NCBI GenBank assembly: GCA_048128005.1
Contig: JBEUKZ010000046.1
Coordinates: forward strand, 186,001-237,193
DNA from: Veleropilina oligotropha
Taxonomy: Eukaryota
DNA: 51,193 nucleotides
Direction: 5' to 3'
Position 1 is the stretch's first letter, and every line of letters begins with the position of its first letter. This document shows, piece after piece, positions 20,527-30,072 of this stretch. Both the position numbers and the translations under genes were made by a program. The notes under the pieces were generated by a model. That model was not told the origin of the DNA. It made no database searches and saw only the letters and a list, made by a program, of their open reading frames with translations.

Positions 20527-23484
20527 TTACTGATTAGAAGACCTCGGTCTAACAATAACCCGTTGTGCAGCAACACAGTGTAAACTGCTTAGGCCATCAG
20601 CCCCGGTTGAGTAGTCGCGCAGATAATGTTTTACAAACACGTTAGCGTTTTTCCAATATCCGGCCTGTAGTAACGCATTGATATTTAAATTATGTCGGAA
20701 GGCTACAGACGCTGCAATGGCCCGGACCTCATGTGCGCGGACCGATAAAATAGTTCGGTCGTCGTCATCACAACGGATGTAAACATCTCTCACAGTTTGT
20801 GAAATCCACCGCGAAACAGTAGTCCTCGTAATGTCGCGGGTGTAGGTGGGCAAATACGAAATGAATAAACGTAATTTTCCCTGTCGCAACTCACGGGTTC
20901 TGTCTAGGTAGAATCGAAGCGCCCGGACCGGGCAATTGAAGCGGTCTGCGTCGCGCCTTCCGACTAGCGTTAGCTTGGGAATAACAACATCGGGTGCGTC
21001 CTCGTTCGGCCGCTGGTTCTTGGCTAAGAAGCCCAGAATGGGACGCAGTATCACCGACCCGTCTGACTGGAATCGTATGTCTCTTAGCTCGGAGGAGAAA
21101 GCATGAATCTCGGAACAACGCCTGCCCGACGCTAAGGCGATCAGAAAAACTGTTTTGTGCGTCAAGTTCCTCATGGTTATCTCGGACATCGGCTCATACG
21201 GTGGTAAGAGTAATGCGTTAAGAATAAGTACTATATTCCAGGCAGGTGGCTTAATTCTTCGGGTCGGTATCTCGAGTTCATAAGATCGTATAAAATCTGA
21301 TATCGTTCGGTCGCTTGATAGGCCAGCATGGGCACGACACTGCTTTAGCGTGGTCGCGATCGTTGCCCGATAGCCTTTGACGGCGGACACTGACATACCG
21401 CGGTCGAAGAGCGACGATAAAAACTCGATAAACTTGTTCACAGGGGGACGGAGTATATTGATCTGCCTGCTGTGACACCAATCCACGTACTTAACCCATC
21501 GGTAGTCATAGACTTTTGTAGTGGAAATCCTTCTCGATCGATAGATACGTAAGGCTGTAGCTTTAGAAAATCCTTTCTTAGCAAGGGATCGTTCGATAAC
21601 CGCCAGGCGTGTAAACGTAAGTGGTTCGGCGACTCGTGGAGTACACGGGTGCGTGGTTGCATTAACAGGTCTAGTTTCTGCGGTAACGCTAACGGTCGAT
21701 CGACGATCAGATCGAGGAGGGTCGGAAACCAAGGTTGCGTGCGATAAAGGGGCGCTATTAGCGTTATCTCGCAACGTTCGGTCGCTGCCTTCTGTAATAC
21801 CAGTGATAGAATGCACGTCGGGGGGAAGGCATACGCGGACAGATTCTCCCATGTCATTGACATTGCGTCGACCGCCAGGGCGGCCGGGTCTGGGTACGGG
21901 GAGACATACAGAGGTAGTCGGTAATTGAATTCTGTTGCAAACAAGTCGACTTGGGGTTGCGACCACCGGCGGCAAACATCCCGAGCTACTCGGCTGTGTA
22001 GCGTCCATTCTGTGTGTATAATCTGTGATCTCCGAGAGAGCGAATCCGCTCTGACATTCAGCTTTCCCGGGATGTGTCGGGCTCGAATCGTCGAGTTGAG
22101 GGACATCACTAAGCGGTGTAGGTCTATTGCTCGGTCGCATAGGGGACGCGAGCGTGTACCGCCCTGGTGCTGTATGTAAGCGACGACAGTCGTGTTGTCC
22201 GTGGCGAGCATTATATGCTTGTTGCGGAGATGTGACGAGAGGGACCGTACTGACAGGAAGACGGCTTCTAACTCTAGGAAGTTGATATGTCGTCCCTGAA
22301 GGTCTGTCGGCCATAGGCCTGATGTCTCGTAACTGTCGAGGTGACCACCCCAGCCGTCGTTCGAAGCGTCTGTGAACAGGTAAGCGTTCGGCTCTGGTGG
22401 GGATATAGGAACCGACTGGTCCGGCAAAGCGGGGTTCAACCACACTGCTGTCGTGTCGGTAAACCAATGCCGTAGATCGATGCGATCCTTCCACTGCCCC
22501 GTCCGTTGTATCCAGCGATCCCTGAAAGCCTGTTGTAACGGTCTTTTGTCCATGCGACCCGTCGGTAGCAGGGGCGCTACCGACTCGATGTGCCCCAGGA
22601 CAGTGGCCAGTTGTCGCGCCGTAGTTATGTCCGATGACAGGGTGTCTTGGATAACCGCGCGTAGGTTCCGCATACGCTTCTGGGTCGGCTTCGCGGTGTA
22701 CCGGACCGTATCGAAGTCGACTCCGAGGAACGTAAACGTCGTCGAGGGCACGAAGCAGGATTTTGTCTCGTTGATCTGAAATCCCAGGCGCTTCGTCGAT
22801 GACAGGGTAAAGCTCGTAGACCGGAGGCACAGATCTCGGGACGCCCCGAGGATCAGCCAGTCGTCGAGGTACATATGTACCCTGTGCCCTAGAGAGTGTA
22901 GGAAGGCCCCCAGGGCCTGTACTGTTCTCGTGAAGACGTACGGGGCTGACGATAGACCGAACGGTAGGCACCTGAATTGGTAGATCGTCTCCCCGTGTAT
23001 AAACCGAAGGTACTGATGAGCCGTGATATGCATCGGGACATGCAGATACGCGTCGGCGAGATCGATAGACGCTGCCCAGTCGCCCGGACGGATGGCCGCT
23101 CGAATCTTCGAGAGGGTTTCTTGCTGGAATTTCTCGGTACGAAGATATAGGTTTAAGTACGAGAGATCGAGGATCGGTCTCCAGCGGCCATCGGGTTTCG
23201 GGACCAGGAAGAAATGGCTGTAAAATCCTGGTGTGCTGGGCGGCGCGGGATATATCGCTCTTTTTAGGAGCAAATCCCGCACTGCCTGGTCTAAGACCGC
23301 TTGTTTCTCTCCGTTTAGGAGTCGAGCGTGTCTTGTTGGTGGTGCCTCGGTTAAGGTCGGATGCCGGTTGAATGCCAACTTGTATCCGGCACTCACGACT
23401 AAGTGGACCCAGTTGCTGTCTGTCAGCTCTAGCCAGGGCTGGCTGTGTGCTAACAGGCACGCTCCCACCGGCGGGAGCGGGCAA
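20527..23484 (-). CDS. DIRS tyrosine recombinase ORF, copy A
   Basis: Same R/K/HxxR/W/Y motifs; only 4 aa differ from copy B. Confidence 0.92.
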   Translation of the reverse strand: MPAPAGGSVPVSTQPALARADRQQLGPLSRECRIQVGIQPASDLNRGTTNKTRSTPKRRETSGLRPGSAGFAPKKSDISRAAQHTRILQPFLPGPETRWPLETDPRSLVLKPISSYREIPARNPLEDSSGHPSGRLGSVYRSRRRVSACPDAYHGSSVPSVYTRGDDLPIQVPTVRSIVSPVRLHENSTGPGGLPTLSRAQGTYVPRRLADPRGVPRSVPPVYELYPVIDEAPGISDQRDKILLRALDDVYVPRSRLRYGPVHREADPEAYAEPTRGYPRHPVIGHNYGATTGHCPGAHRVGSAPATDGSHGQKTVTTGFQGSLDTTDGAVEGSHRSTALVYRHDSSVVEPRFAGPVGSYIPTRAERLPVHRRFERRLGWSPRQLRDIRPMADRPSGTTYQLPRVRSRLPVSTVPLVTSPQQAYNARHGQHDCRRLHTAPGRYTLASPMRPSNRPTPLSDVPQLDDSSPTHPGKAECQSGFALSEITDYTHRMDATQPSSSGCLPPVVATPSRLVCNRIQLPTTSVCLPVPRPGRPGGRRNVNDMGESVRVCLPPDVHSITGITEGSDRTLRDNANSAPLSHATLVSDPPRSDRRSTVSVTAETRPVNATTHPCTPRVAEPLTFTRLAVIERSLAKKGFSKATALRIYRSRRISTTKVYDYRWVKYVDWCHSRQINILRPPVNKFIEFLSSLFDRGMSVSAVKGYRATIATTLKQCRAHAGLSSDRTISDFIRSYELEIPTRRIKPPAWNIVLILNALLLPPYEPMSEITMRNLTHKTVFLIALASGRRCSEIHAFSSELRDIRFQSDGSVILRPILGFLAKNQRPNEDAPDVVIPKLTLVGRRDADRFNCPVRALRFYLDRTRELRQGKLRLFISYLPTYTRDITRTTVSRWISQTVRDVYIRCDDDDRTILSVRAHEVRAIAASVAFRHNLNINALLQAGYWKNANVFVKHYLRDYSTGADGLSSLHCVAAQRVIVRPRSSNQ
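21438..23468 (-). CDS. DIRS RT-RNase H-MT ORF, copy A
   Basis: Translation identical to copy B; YLDD intact. Confidence 0.95.
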   Translation of the reverse strand: MGACLLAHSQPWLELTDSNWVHLVVSAGYKLAFNRHPTLTEAPPTRHARLLNGEKQAVLDQAVRDLLLKRAIYPAPPSTPGFYSHFFLVPKPDGRWRPILDLSYLNLYLRTEKFQQETLSKIRAAIRPGDWAASIDLADAYLHVPMHITAHQYLRFIHGETIYQFRCLPFGLSSAPYVFTRTVQALGAFLHSLGHRVHMYLDDWLILGASRDLCLRSTSFTLSSTKRLGFQINETKSCFVPSTTFTFLGVDFDTVRYTAKPTQKRMRNLRAVIQDTLSSDITTARQLATVLGHIESVAPLLPTGRMDKRPLQQAFRDRWIQRTGQWKDRIDLRHWFTDTTAVWLNPALPDQSVPISPPEPNAYLFTDASNDGWGGHLDSYETSGLWPTDLQGRHINFLELEAVFLSVRSLSSHLRNKHIMLATDNTTVVAYIQHQGGTRSRPLCDRAIDLHRLVMSLNSTIRARHIPGKLNVRADSLSRRSQIIHTEWTLHSRVARDVCRRWSQPQVDLFATEFNYRLPLYVSPYPDPAALAVDAMSMTWENLSAYAFPPTCILSLVLQKAATERCEITLIAPLYRTQPWFPTLLDLIVDRPLALPQKLDLLMQPRTRVLHESPNHLRLHAWRLSNDPLLRKDFLKLQPYVSIDREGFPLQKSMTTDGLSTWIGVTAGRSIYSVPL

Positions 23485-23511
23485 CTGGGGCCGTCGCGAA
23501 TGCCGGCAGCC

Positions 23512-25755
23512 CTAGGGCCGAGGCTTCCCTATCCCGCTCTGCTTGCGGGATTTCGCTGGAGGTGCTCGCCTCTTTGGAGTGGGTTTATTGGCCGGAGGCC
23601 TACCACCCGAAGAGGGCTTCGCACGCTTAGAAGGCTTCGGGGCCGGGGTGGGCCCGGAGCGCTTCTTCGAGTTGGCAGGTGGACCCCGGGTGGGGAGCAG
23701 TACTGCCTTCTCGATGGCACGGTCCTTAATGTCCGCCGCTCTCTTGTCAACAAACTCCGTGAAGTTGTCACCAAAGAGAGTGGTGGCCGAGCAAGGTACG
23801 CATCGCAACGAGCGCCGGGTGGGCTCGTCCAGCGAGGTACCTTCCAGGCAAGCATCCCTACGTAGTAGGAGGGCATTGCCCAGGACACGTCCCGTCTCCA
23901 ACGCGCTGGTCTCCTGCGCGGCAGCAACCTCCTGGAGGAAGGACAGGGCAGCCTCGGTGGCGCCGGGTCCATTCTCCTGTAATACGGCTATCGCCCCGTC
24001 TAGGAAAAAATCCTGAACGGACGATAGCCGCAGAGCCCGTCGGGCGGAGCTCTCGAAAGCTTCCAAGGCGGACCAAGGAACTTTCGCTACGGAGGGAGGG
24101 TGACTGGCGGTCAGTCGACGCAACGAAGCGTCAACACGAGCCGGCTCAGTCGCCAGGCACGGGCCAGTGCATTCGAACGGGGTCGCTCGAGTACTGGCCC
24201 GGAGGTACCTCCCACTACGGAACCCCGAAGGGAACTCGTTCAGCGGGGAGGACTCCACCGGATTGCGCCCCTGAACGAGCTTGGTGATCGAGTCTACAAC
24301 AAGATCCACCAGCCCGGACTGAGGTAAGGAGGGGAGCTCGGGGGCTTCCCTCGCAACAAACCGATGTGCTGCCGTCCTATGCTTGGCTACGTCTACAGCC
24401 GACCGAGTCGGTTCCGACAAGCCAAGCACCCCGCGAAGTGACGCAACAGCGTCGAGCCTTCGGCGGGTGGAGGAGGTCGGCTCCTGCGTGCCTGTAAGAC
24501 TAATGTCTTCGGACCCGACCGATTCAGGGAGGTCGGAGTGATTTGAACAGAGATCCTCGTTGGAACGAGGGTCGATGTCTATCACTGAGGCAGGAGCCGT
24601 GCTCTGCGCCATGGGCAGAAGTGTAGGTACCAGGTGCGGCTCGGGAGCCGTCGGCCAGGCCTTACACCGTTCCTCGATCCCCGCCGCGATCCATGCCTGG
24701 ACGTTCTCAAAAGAGAAACCCGGAGGCAGGACGGGCGACGAACTAACAGCCGGTAGTTCTGTCGAGGTAACCGTGGCGCTAGGTAGACGGGCTGCATTGA
24801 CAGGTCGAACCGAGGACCAGGGTCCACGGGCACTTGTCGAGGGGTCGAACCCGAAGGACTGGCCCGGAGGCGCAGTCAGTGGGCCGGACGACCGATAGGA
24901 CTGCGGCAACAGTTCTGATCGGTCTACCACTCTGTTCGAGCGAGGCACGGACGGAAAACCGCCGTAGAACCCCGTCCCGAACGCAGCCGGTCTGTCCACG
25001 TTCTCTAGCGTGACCACGGTGGGTGCACGGGAGAGACCGGGCCCTCTGAATGTCTCGTGAGCTTCGAGGTTGAGCGGAAAACCCCTAGGGGAAGTCGCAT
25101 CGTTCTCGACCGAGGATTCAGGTTTCGCCGATTGTCCGAGTCTTAGACCTACAAGTAGGTGCCCGGCCTCTTTAAAGGCTTTCTCTGCATTGGGTCTGTC
25201 ACCGTAGGAAGACGGTGAGTTTCCCGCAGAAGGACTAACTGTCCCCTTATTCTTCGAGGCCGAAGAAAAGGATGGGGATAGTCTGCCCTGTTCAGCTGTT
25301 CGCTGCGCTGTCATGTATACCTTGCTAGCCGGCAAGGTATGGCTGACTGCAGTTACTAGGCCCAGTTGTGGAGGAACGGTCGACACTCGGGTCTTTACCT
25401 GAATCTGGGGTACCGGCAAGGTTTCGGTGACTCTCCCAAGAGTCGCGGAGGTTTCGCCGGTGGATCCGGCGACAGACGTCTGTCGGCTGTCGTCCAGCGT
25501 CCCTGAAGCAGACAAAGAAGAAACGTTAGGTAACTTACCGGTCTCTTCATGACCCTTCTCCACGGGAGGACCCACCGTGGCAGTCGCCCTGGTCGACTTA
25601 CCGTGGTGAGACAGGGTTGCCCACTGCTTATCTGATAGAAGAAAGCACAGATCACATTGATGATGTATACTACAGCTACGATGAATACAACATTCCTTGT
25701 GCCTATCAAATGCGTGAATTTTCTGGTTACACCCGGAGCTACTGCACCGGACCAT
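23512..25755 (-). CDS. DIRS Gag-like ORF1, copy A
   Basis: Near-identical to copy B ORF1; ATG at 25755. Confidence 0.85.
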   Translation of the reverse strand: MVRCSSSGCNQKIHAFDRHKECCIHRSCSIHHQCDLCFLLSDKQWATLSHHGKSTRATATVGPPVEKGHEETGKLPNVSSLSASGTLDDSRQTSVAGSTGETSATLGRVTETLPVPQIQVKTRVSTVPPQLGLVTAVSHTLPASKVYMTAQRTAEQGRLSPSFSSASKNKGTVSPSAGNSPSSYGDRPNAEKAFKEAGHLLVGLRLGQSAKPESSVENDATSPRGFPLNLEAHETFRGPGLSRAPTVVTLENVDRPAAFGTGFYGGFPSVPRSNRVVDRSELLPQSYRSSGPLTAPPGQSFGFDPSTSARGPWSSVRPVNAARLPSATVTSTELPAVSSSPVLPPGFSFENVQAWIAAGIEERCKAWPTAPEPHLVPTLLPMAQSTAPASVIDIDPRSNEDLCSNHSDLPESVGSEDISLTGTQEPTSSTRRRLDAVASLRGVLGLSEPTRSAVDVAKHRTAAHRFVAREAPELPSLPQSGLVDLVVDSITKLVQGRNPVESSPLNEFPSGFRSGRYLRASTRATPFECTGPCLATEPARVDASLRRLTASHPPSVAKVPWSALEAFESSARRALRLSSVQDFFLDGAIAVLQENGPGATEAALSFLQEVAAAQETSALETGRVLGNALLLRRDACLEGTSLDEPTRRSLRCVPCSATTLFGDNFTEFVDKRAADIKDRAIEKAVLLPTRGPPANSKKRSGPTPAPKPSKRAKPSSGGRPPANKPTPKRRAPPAKSRKQSGIGKPRP

Positions 25756-26836
25756 AGCCAAATACACGGGAGGGTGGACGTGGGTAGACGGGGTAGATAA
25801 ATAGGTATATATATGGTAGTTGAGACTTCTTTCCTTGGAGGGAGTACTACGACAACTCACAGAATTGTCCTGATCTGAAGATTAGAGATCAAGCGATATA
25901 CCGTTATTAAAAACCCCGAACTGGGAACACCGAGGTCGGGTATTTTACCCGACCGACCCGGTAACCCGGCAAATTGACTAAAACAAAGGGAGGTTATTTC
26001 CTCGAAAAAACCGCCCAGAAAAACACCTGAAAACCTCGTGGATGTTTTATGTTAGTACAATGGCGTATTATCCCAGCCACGGCAGGATATCAGAAAATTA
26101 ACGCAAGCTTAATATCAAAAGATCCTGCCTTTTAACAACGCTAGAAAATTTTATATAATAATAACCAGCAAATAGCGTTGTTAAGGAATTATCCAATATA
26201 ATGAGTTACCTGTTTTGCAGTCTCAAACAATATCAGATAATTATACAGACCAGAAATTTCAGCTACCACTCGAAATTTTCCCTCTAAGCGGCCTCTTTAA
26301 CGGCCACTGGCGTCCTTGACGACGATGTCTGTTTCCTTTGATGTCCAGAACTTCCTCGAAGTTTGAGAATCACTCTTCTTATATTCACATGTGTTTTAGA
26401 TCCACAACACAGGGTTATATTCCACTACTTATATACTATATAAGCAGAAACTGCGCCCTGATTTAACGTGAAATCGGGCGCCTATATCGAAATATTTGCG
26501 GAGCAAAACAACGTCTTTCCGCGACAGCGGAAAACTTTGAATTGATGTCATGTGACTTCTATTGTTCAGAAGTCTCACGAGACTTGGCGAAGTCTCGCTA
26601 GGGAACGTGGGGGGCAGGAGCAGGGGAGGTAACCGTGTGCTTTTTTGGCTTATAACGGTGCATTATGGGACATATTCACCATTTCCGGTTTGGGCGATAA
26701 TATGCTATTATGGCAAGAGTAAGGACGTAAGTATGTTTGTAACTATATATGGATATGCAAAACAGTTTTGATTGCGCAGGAAGACAGTTGCATGCTTAGA
26801 TGCTTATTTATAACTATATAAGGTGGTGAAACTTAC

Positions 26837-26916
26837 TCTAGTTTAAATTTTTCTGCTTGAGACCTCCAGAAAATTATCTCATCCTGTGGTGTGGCAAACC
26901 TCTTTCCATCCTCCAT
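26837..26916 (-). CDS. NDE1: NudE/NDE1 first coding exon (exon 26837-26938 including 22 nt of 5' UTR)
   Basis: ATG GAG GAT GGA AAG AGG TTT... = MEDGKRFATPQDEIIFWRSQAEKFKL+GA, resembling vertebrate NDE1 [27 protein letters not shown]. Acceptor tttcag|, donor GA|gtaagt; the phase-2 join to 5412 completes GAG. Confidence 0.88.
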
Positions 26917-27236
26917 TTTCCAATCTGCATCAAATTTCCTGAAATTAAGCATGATTTAAGTAATTAATATATAATATACTGACAAAAATTCCATGACTCA
27001 TTCAAAATTTCCAAGGCTTTTAACATTTCATCAATCTGCATATGTCAAGACAAATCATATACAAAAAGGACATTTTCCATAAATATCAACAAAAGATTTA
27101 TGGATATAATATATATATAGCGAAATAGGAACAAAGTTGCCAATTTAAGACACAGTTAAAATTATTATAAAAGGTTACGAAAAAACATCATGATATAATA
27201 ATTAAGTAAAAGTAACCTTTCAGAGTCAACTGTTTT

Positions 27237-27280
27237 GCAAAGCATATCTTTCGCCACCATCTCAGTGGCTTCTTCAGTGC
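27237..27280 (-). ncRNA. Minimal type I hammerhead-like motif
   Basis: gca CTGAAGA a gccac-tgagatg-gtggc GAAA gatatgct t tgc; helix III imperfect. Confidence 0.45.
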
Positions 27281-27596
27281 TGTGTGATGTCACTCCTTGG
27301 TCACATGACCGTCGCTAATCTTCTGCTGTTCGGAGCGACTTAAGAACTTTGCATCCATGTTGTCTTAGTATAATACTATGTATGTTGTTACTGGCTTCTG
27401 TCATAATGTTATAATTAAGTAAAAGTCGATCGACAATCGACTCTGAAAGGTAACTTTTACTTAATTATAACATTATGACAGAGTCCAGTAACAACATACA
27501 TAGTATTATACTTAGACAACATGGACGCTAAGTTCTTAAGTCACCCGGAACAGTAGAAGAATAGCGAGTCCTATGACCAAGGAGTGACATCATACA

Positions 27597-27640
27597 GCAC
27601 TGAAGAAGCCACTGAGATGGTGGCGAAAGCTATGCTTTGC
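27597..27640 (+). ncRNA. Minimal type I hammerhead-like motif
   Basis: gca CTGAAGA a gccac-tgagatg-gtggc GAAA gc-tat-gct t tgc; stems I (3 bp), II (5 bp) and III can form. Confidence 0.55.
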
Positions 27641-30072
27641 AAAACAATTGACTCTGAAAAGTAACTTTTACTTAATTATAACATTATGACAGTCCAGTAA
27701 CAACATACAATAATAAAACCAAGGGATATGCCGATATGAAAGTATGTATCACTCGAGTTAAATGAGTAAACAGATCACATGAGTCTGCAGGTTTTATTTT
27801 TATCAATGTTTGTGTTATTTAGAATTTTCCCGACTTTAAATTTAATAAAATAACAATGTTATTTGTCCACAAAGTTATTTCTTAATCCCCGGCATATAAA
27901 TTTGAGGCCATCGCGTGAAAACTATCGATTTCTTTGCCCTCGATAATAGCAAAGTGAAGTAATCTTAGCTTTTCTAGACCTAGTTCTCAACTTCTTATTT
28001 ATCGAATACGAACTATTCAACTAACCGTTCGTTGTTTCGAATAATTTGCCACGGAATTCTACGAGTGTTTTTACCTTTGCGTTTGTTTAGTCAATAATTA
28101 ACATTAAATTATCAGAATTAGAGAAATAGCATTAATAAATGTTAAAATCTGCTGTTTTTAAATGCTGTTGGTATGAAACTGTTTGTGTATGCAGTGACCG
28201 CACCGGATATGGCGAACAGACGATAAATTTTACAATTGAAAAATGAAAATGTTTGTTTACTTTTAACTTGTTTCAAGACCTAGGCCTACAGAAAAATATA
28301 AATATAATTTCTACCCTGCAATATGTGACACTAGGCCTAATCAGTAATGCTGATGTGCATTGTATGAGGTAAAGGAAATTAATAGGTATACTGGCCGGCA
28401 ATGCGATGGTTGACAAATTGTCATCAAATGTTTGCAAATGGATGTCAATCGAACCCACGGCACATAATGACATTAATATGATTACGTTACGTAATATTTT
28501 AGTTGGTAATAAACTAATAGTATTTTAGATGCAGCGTTTTGGTGAATGCAGATTTGTGAATATTTGTCGGATTTTTAAGGTAGAAACGATAATATTGTCG
28601 TAAATATTAAATTTTTATTAAAATCCAAAATAATAATTTAATTTGCAGTCTATGAAATTATGTAGATATCGGTTTGAAATAACCACAATCAATAATACAA
28701 GAAATTTGTAAATGTAATTTAAAACATTTTTAATTCACAATATGATTTTTATGAAGATCATTTAGACCTATTAAAACACAATTCGTCAACTGTTGAACAG
28801 ATAAGATTAGGCCTATGCAATTAAATGAATTAATAATACTAAAATGAGGTTTTAATGTAAACCTAATATTAGTATAAAACATACTTACGTCCTTACTCTT
28901 GCCATAATAGTATATTATCGCCCAAACCGGAAATGGTGAATATGTCCCATAATGCACCGTTAATAAGCCAAAAAAGCACACGGTTACCTCCCCTGCTCCT
29001 ACCCCCCACGTTCCCTAGCGAGACTTCGCCAAGTCTCGTGAGACTTCTGAACAATAGAAGTCACATGACATCAATTCAAAGTTCAAAAACCACAAAGGAA
29101 CGTAGTAGAGGGGAGGAATGCGAAACGCAGGGTGGGTAATCGTGTAAGGACGTAAGTATGTTTTATACTAATATTAGGTTTACATTAAAACCTCATATAT
29201 AGTTACAAACATACTTACGTCCTTACTCTTGCCAGAATAACCTTGGATAGGTGGGTAAGACGTTCCTTACAACAAACCCAAACAAGATAATGACTTACTT
29301 TTCACCAATTCGATCAGCATGAAGCGTCGAGTGTGTCCGCCTAGAGTGGAATTTTTACTGAGTATTATATTCTACTCTTACCAGGCGAGAATTTCGACCA
29401 GTGTTACCGGGAGGATACGCCGTGGTGTTAGTCGGACGAGGTGAACGGAAGTGCAATCAGCCCCTGGCACGGCCGGAAGGATAAATCCCTGTAGGTCTTA
29501 CGTGTCATGGACCAGTGGCAGCCAAATGGGACTCCGGGCCTATAGGCCGGTAGCCAGAGGATGCAGTCGGATTTGTAAGCACACGGAACCTAACAGGTTG
29601 TGAAAGCTTTAAAATCAAAAGCAAAGAATTAATAGATTATATAATAATCGATATTAATAAGTAGTTCGCATGACCAACTTGCGAACGCTAACATGGACGA
29701 CATGTCACTTAAAATAAATTTTAAGGAAGCAAAAATGTTCGACATGTTACTTAAAAATAAATGTTAAGGAATCAACATTTTAAATGTATTGAACATCGTA
29801 TGTTCGATTACAGCAAAGAACATAATAATATTGAACCCTAATCTTTTTAAGATTTGTGCAAAATTATCAAAGTTGTTTTATTAAATTCAATGTGATCTGG
29901 CTTATGTCAACACTCAGTCTGACATGAGAAGTACAAAATCTTAAATTAGATTTAAGAAATGAACAGACATTGAACTGCCCCATAGGTGTTAATTACATAG
30001 CACCGTTTGGCCAACGAATATAAAATGGCGTCAGTAAATATGCAAATGATCAATCAGAGAACAATAGGCTAC

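Larger units (their letters stand above)
11848..26750 (-). mobile_element. DIRS1-type YR retrotransposon, copy A (outer; 11848-12940 plus 20399-26750), interrupted by copy B
   Basis: ITRs 11848-12086 and 26533-26750 share private variants (atagcatatt, ctcctgcccc); ICR 12145-12235; intact gag, RT-RH-MT and YR ORFs. Confidence 0.95.
27195..27710. mobile_element. Inverted pair of Penelope-like pseudo-LTR/retrozyme-like units (about 210 bp each)
   Basis: 27195-27425 is a diverged reverse complement of 27440-27680; gactctgaaa.gtaacttttacttaattataacattatgacag is directly repeated at 27440 and 27650; each arm has a hammerhead-like core. Confidence 0.65.

Noticed and set aside
11848..26750. Tandem LTR-like or split-direct-repeat (PAT/Ngaro) element, suggested by the 1.1-kb direct repeat at 11848 and 12939
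   Set aside because: Fully explained by nesting of two ITR/ICR-type copies; junctions and ITR variants match.
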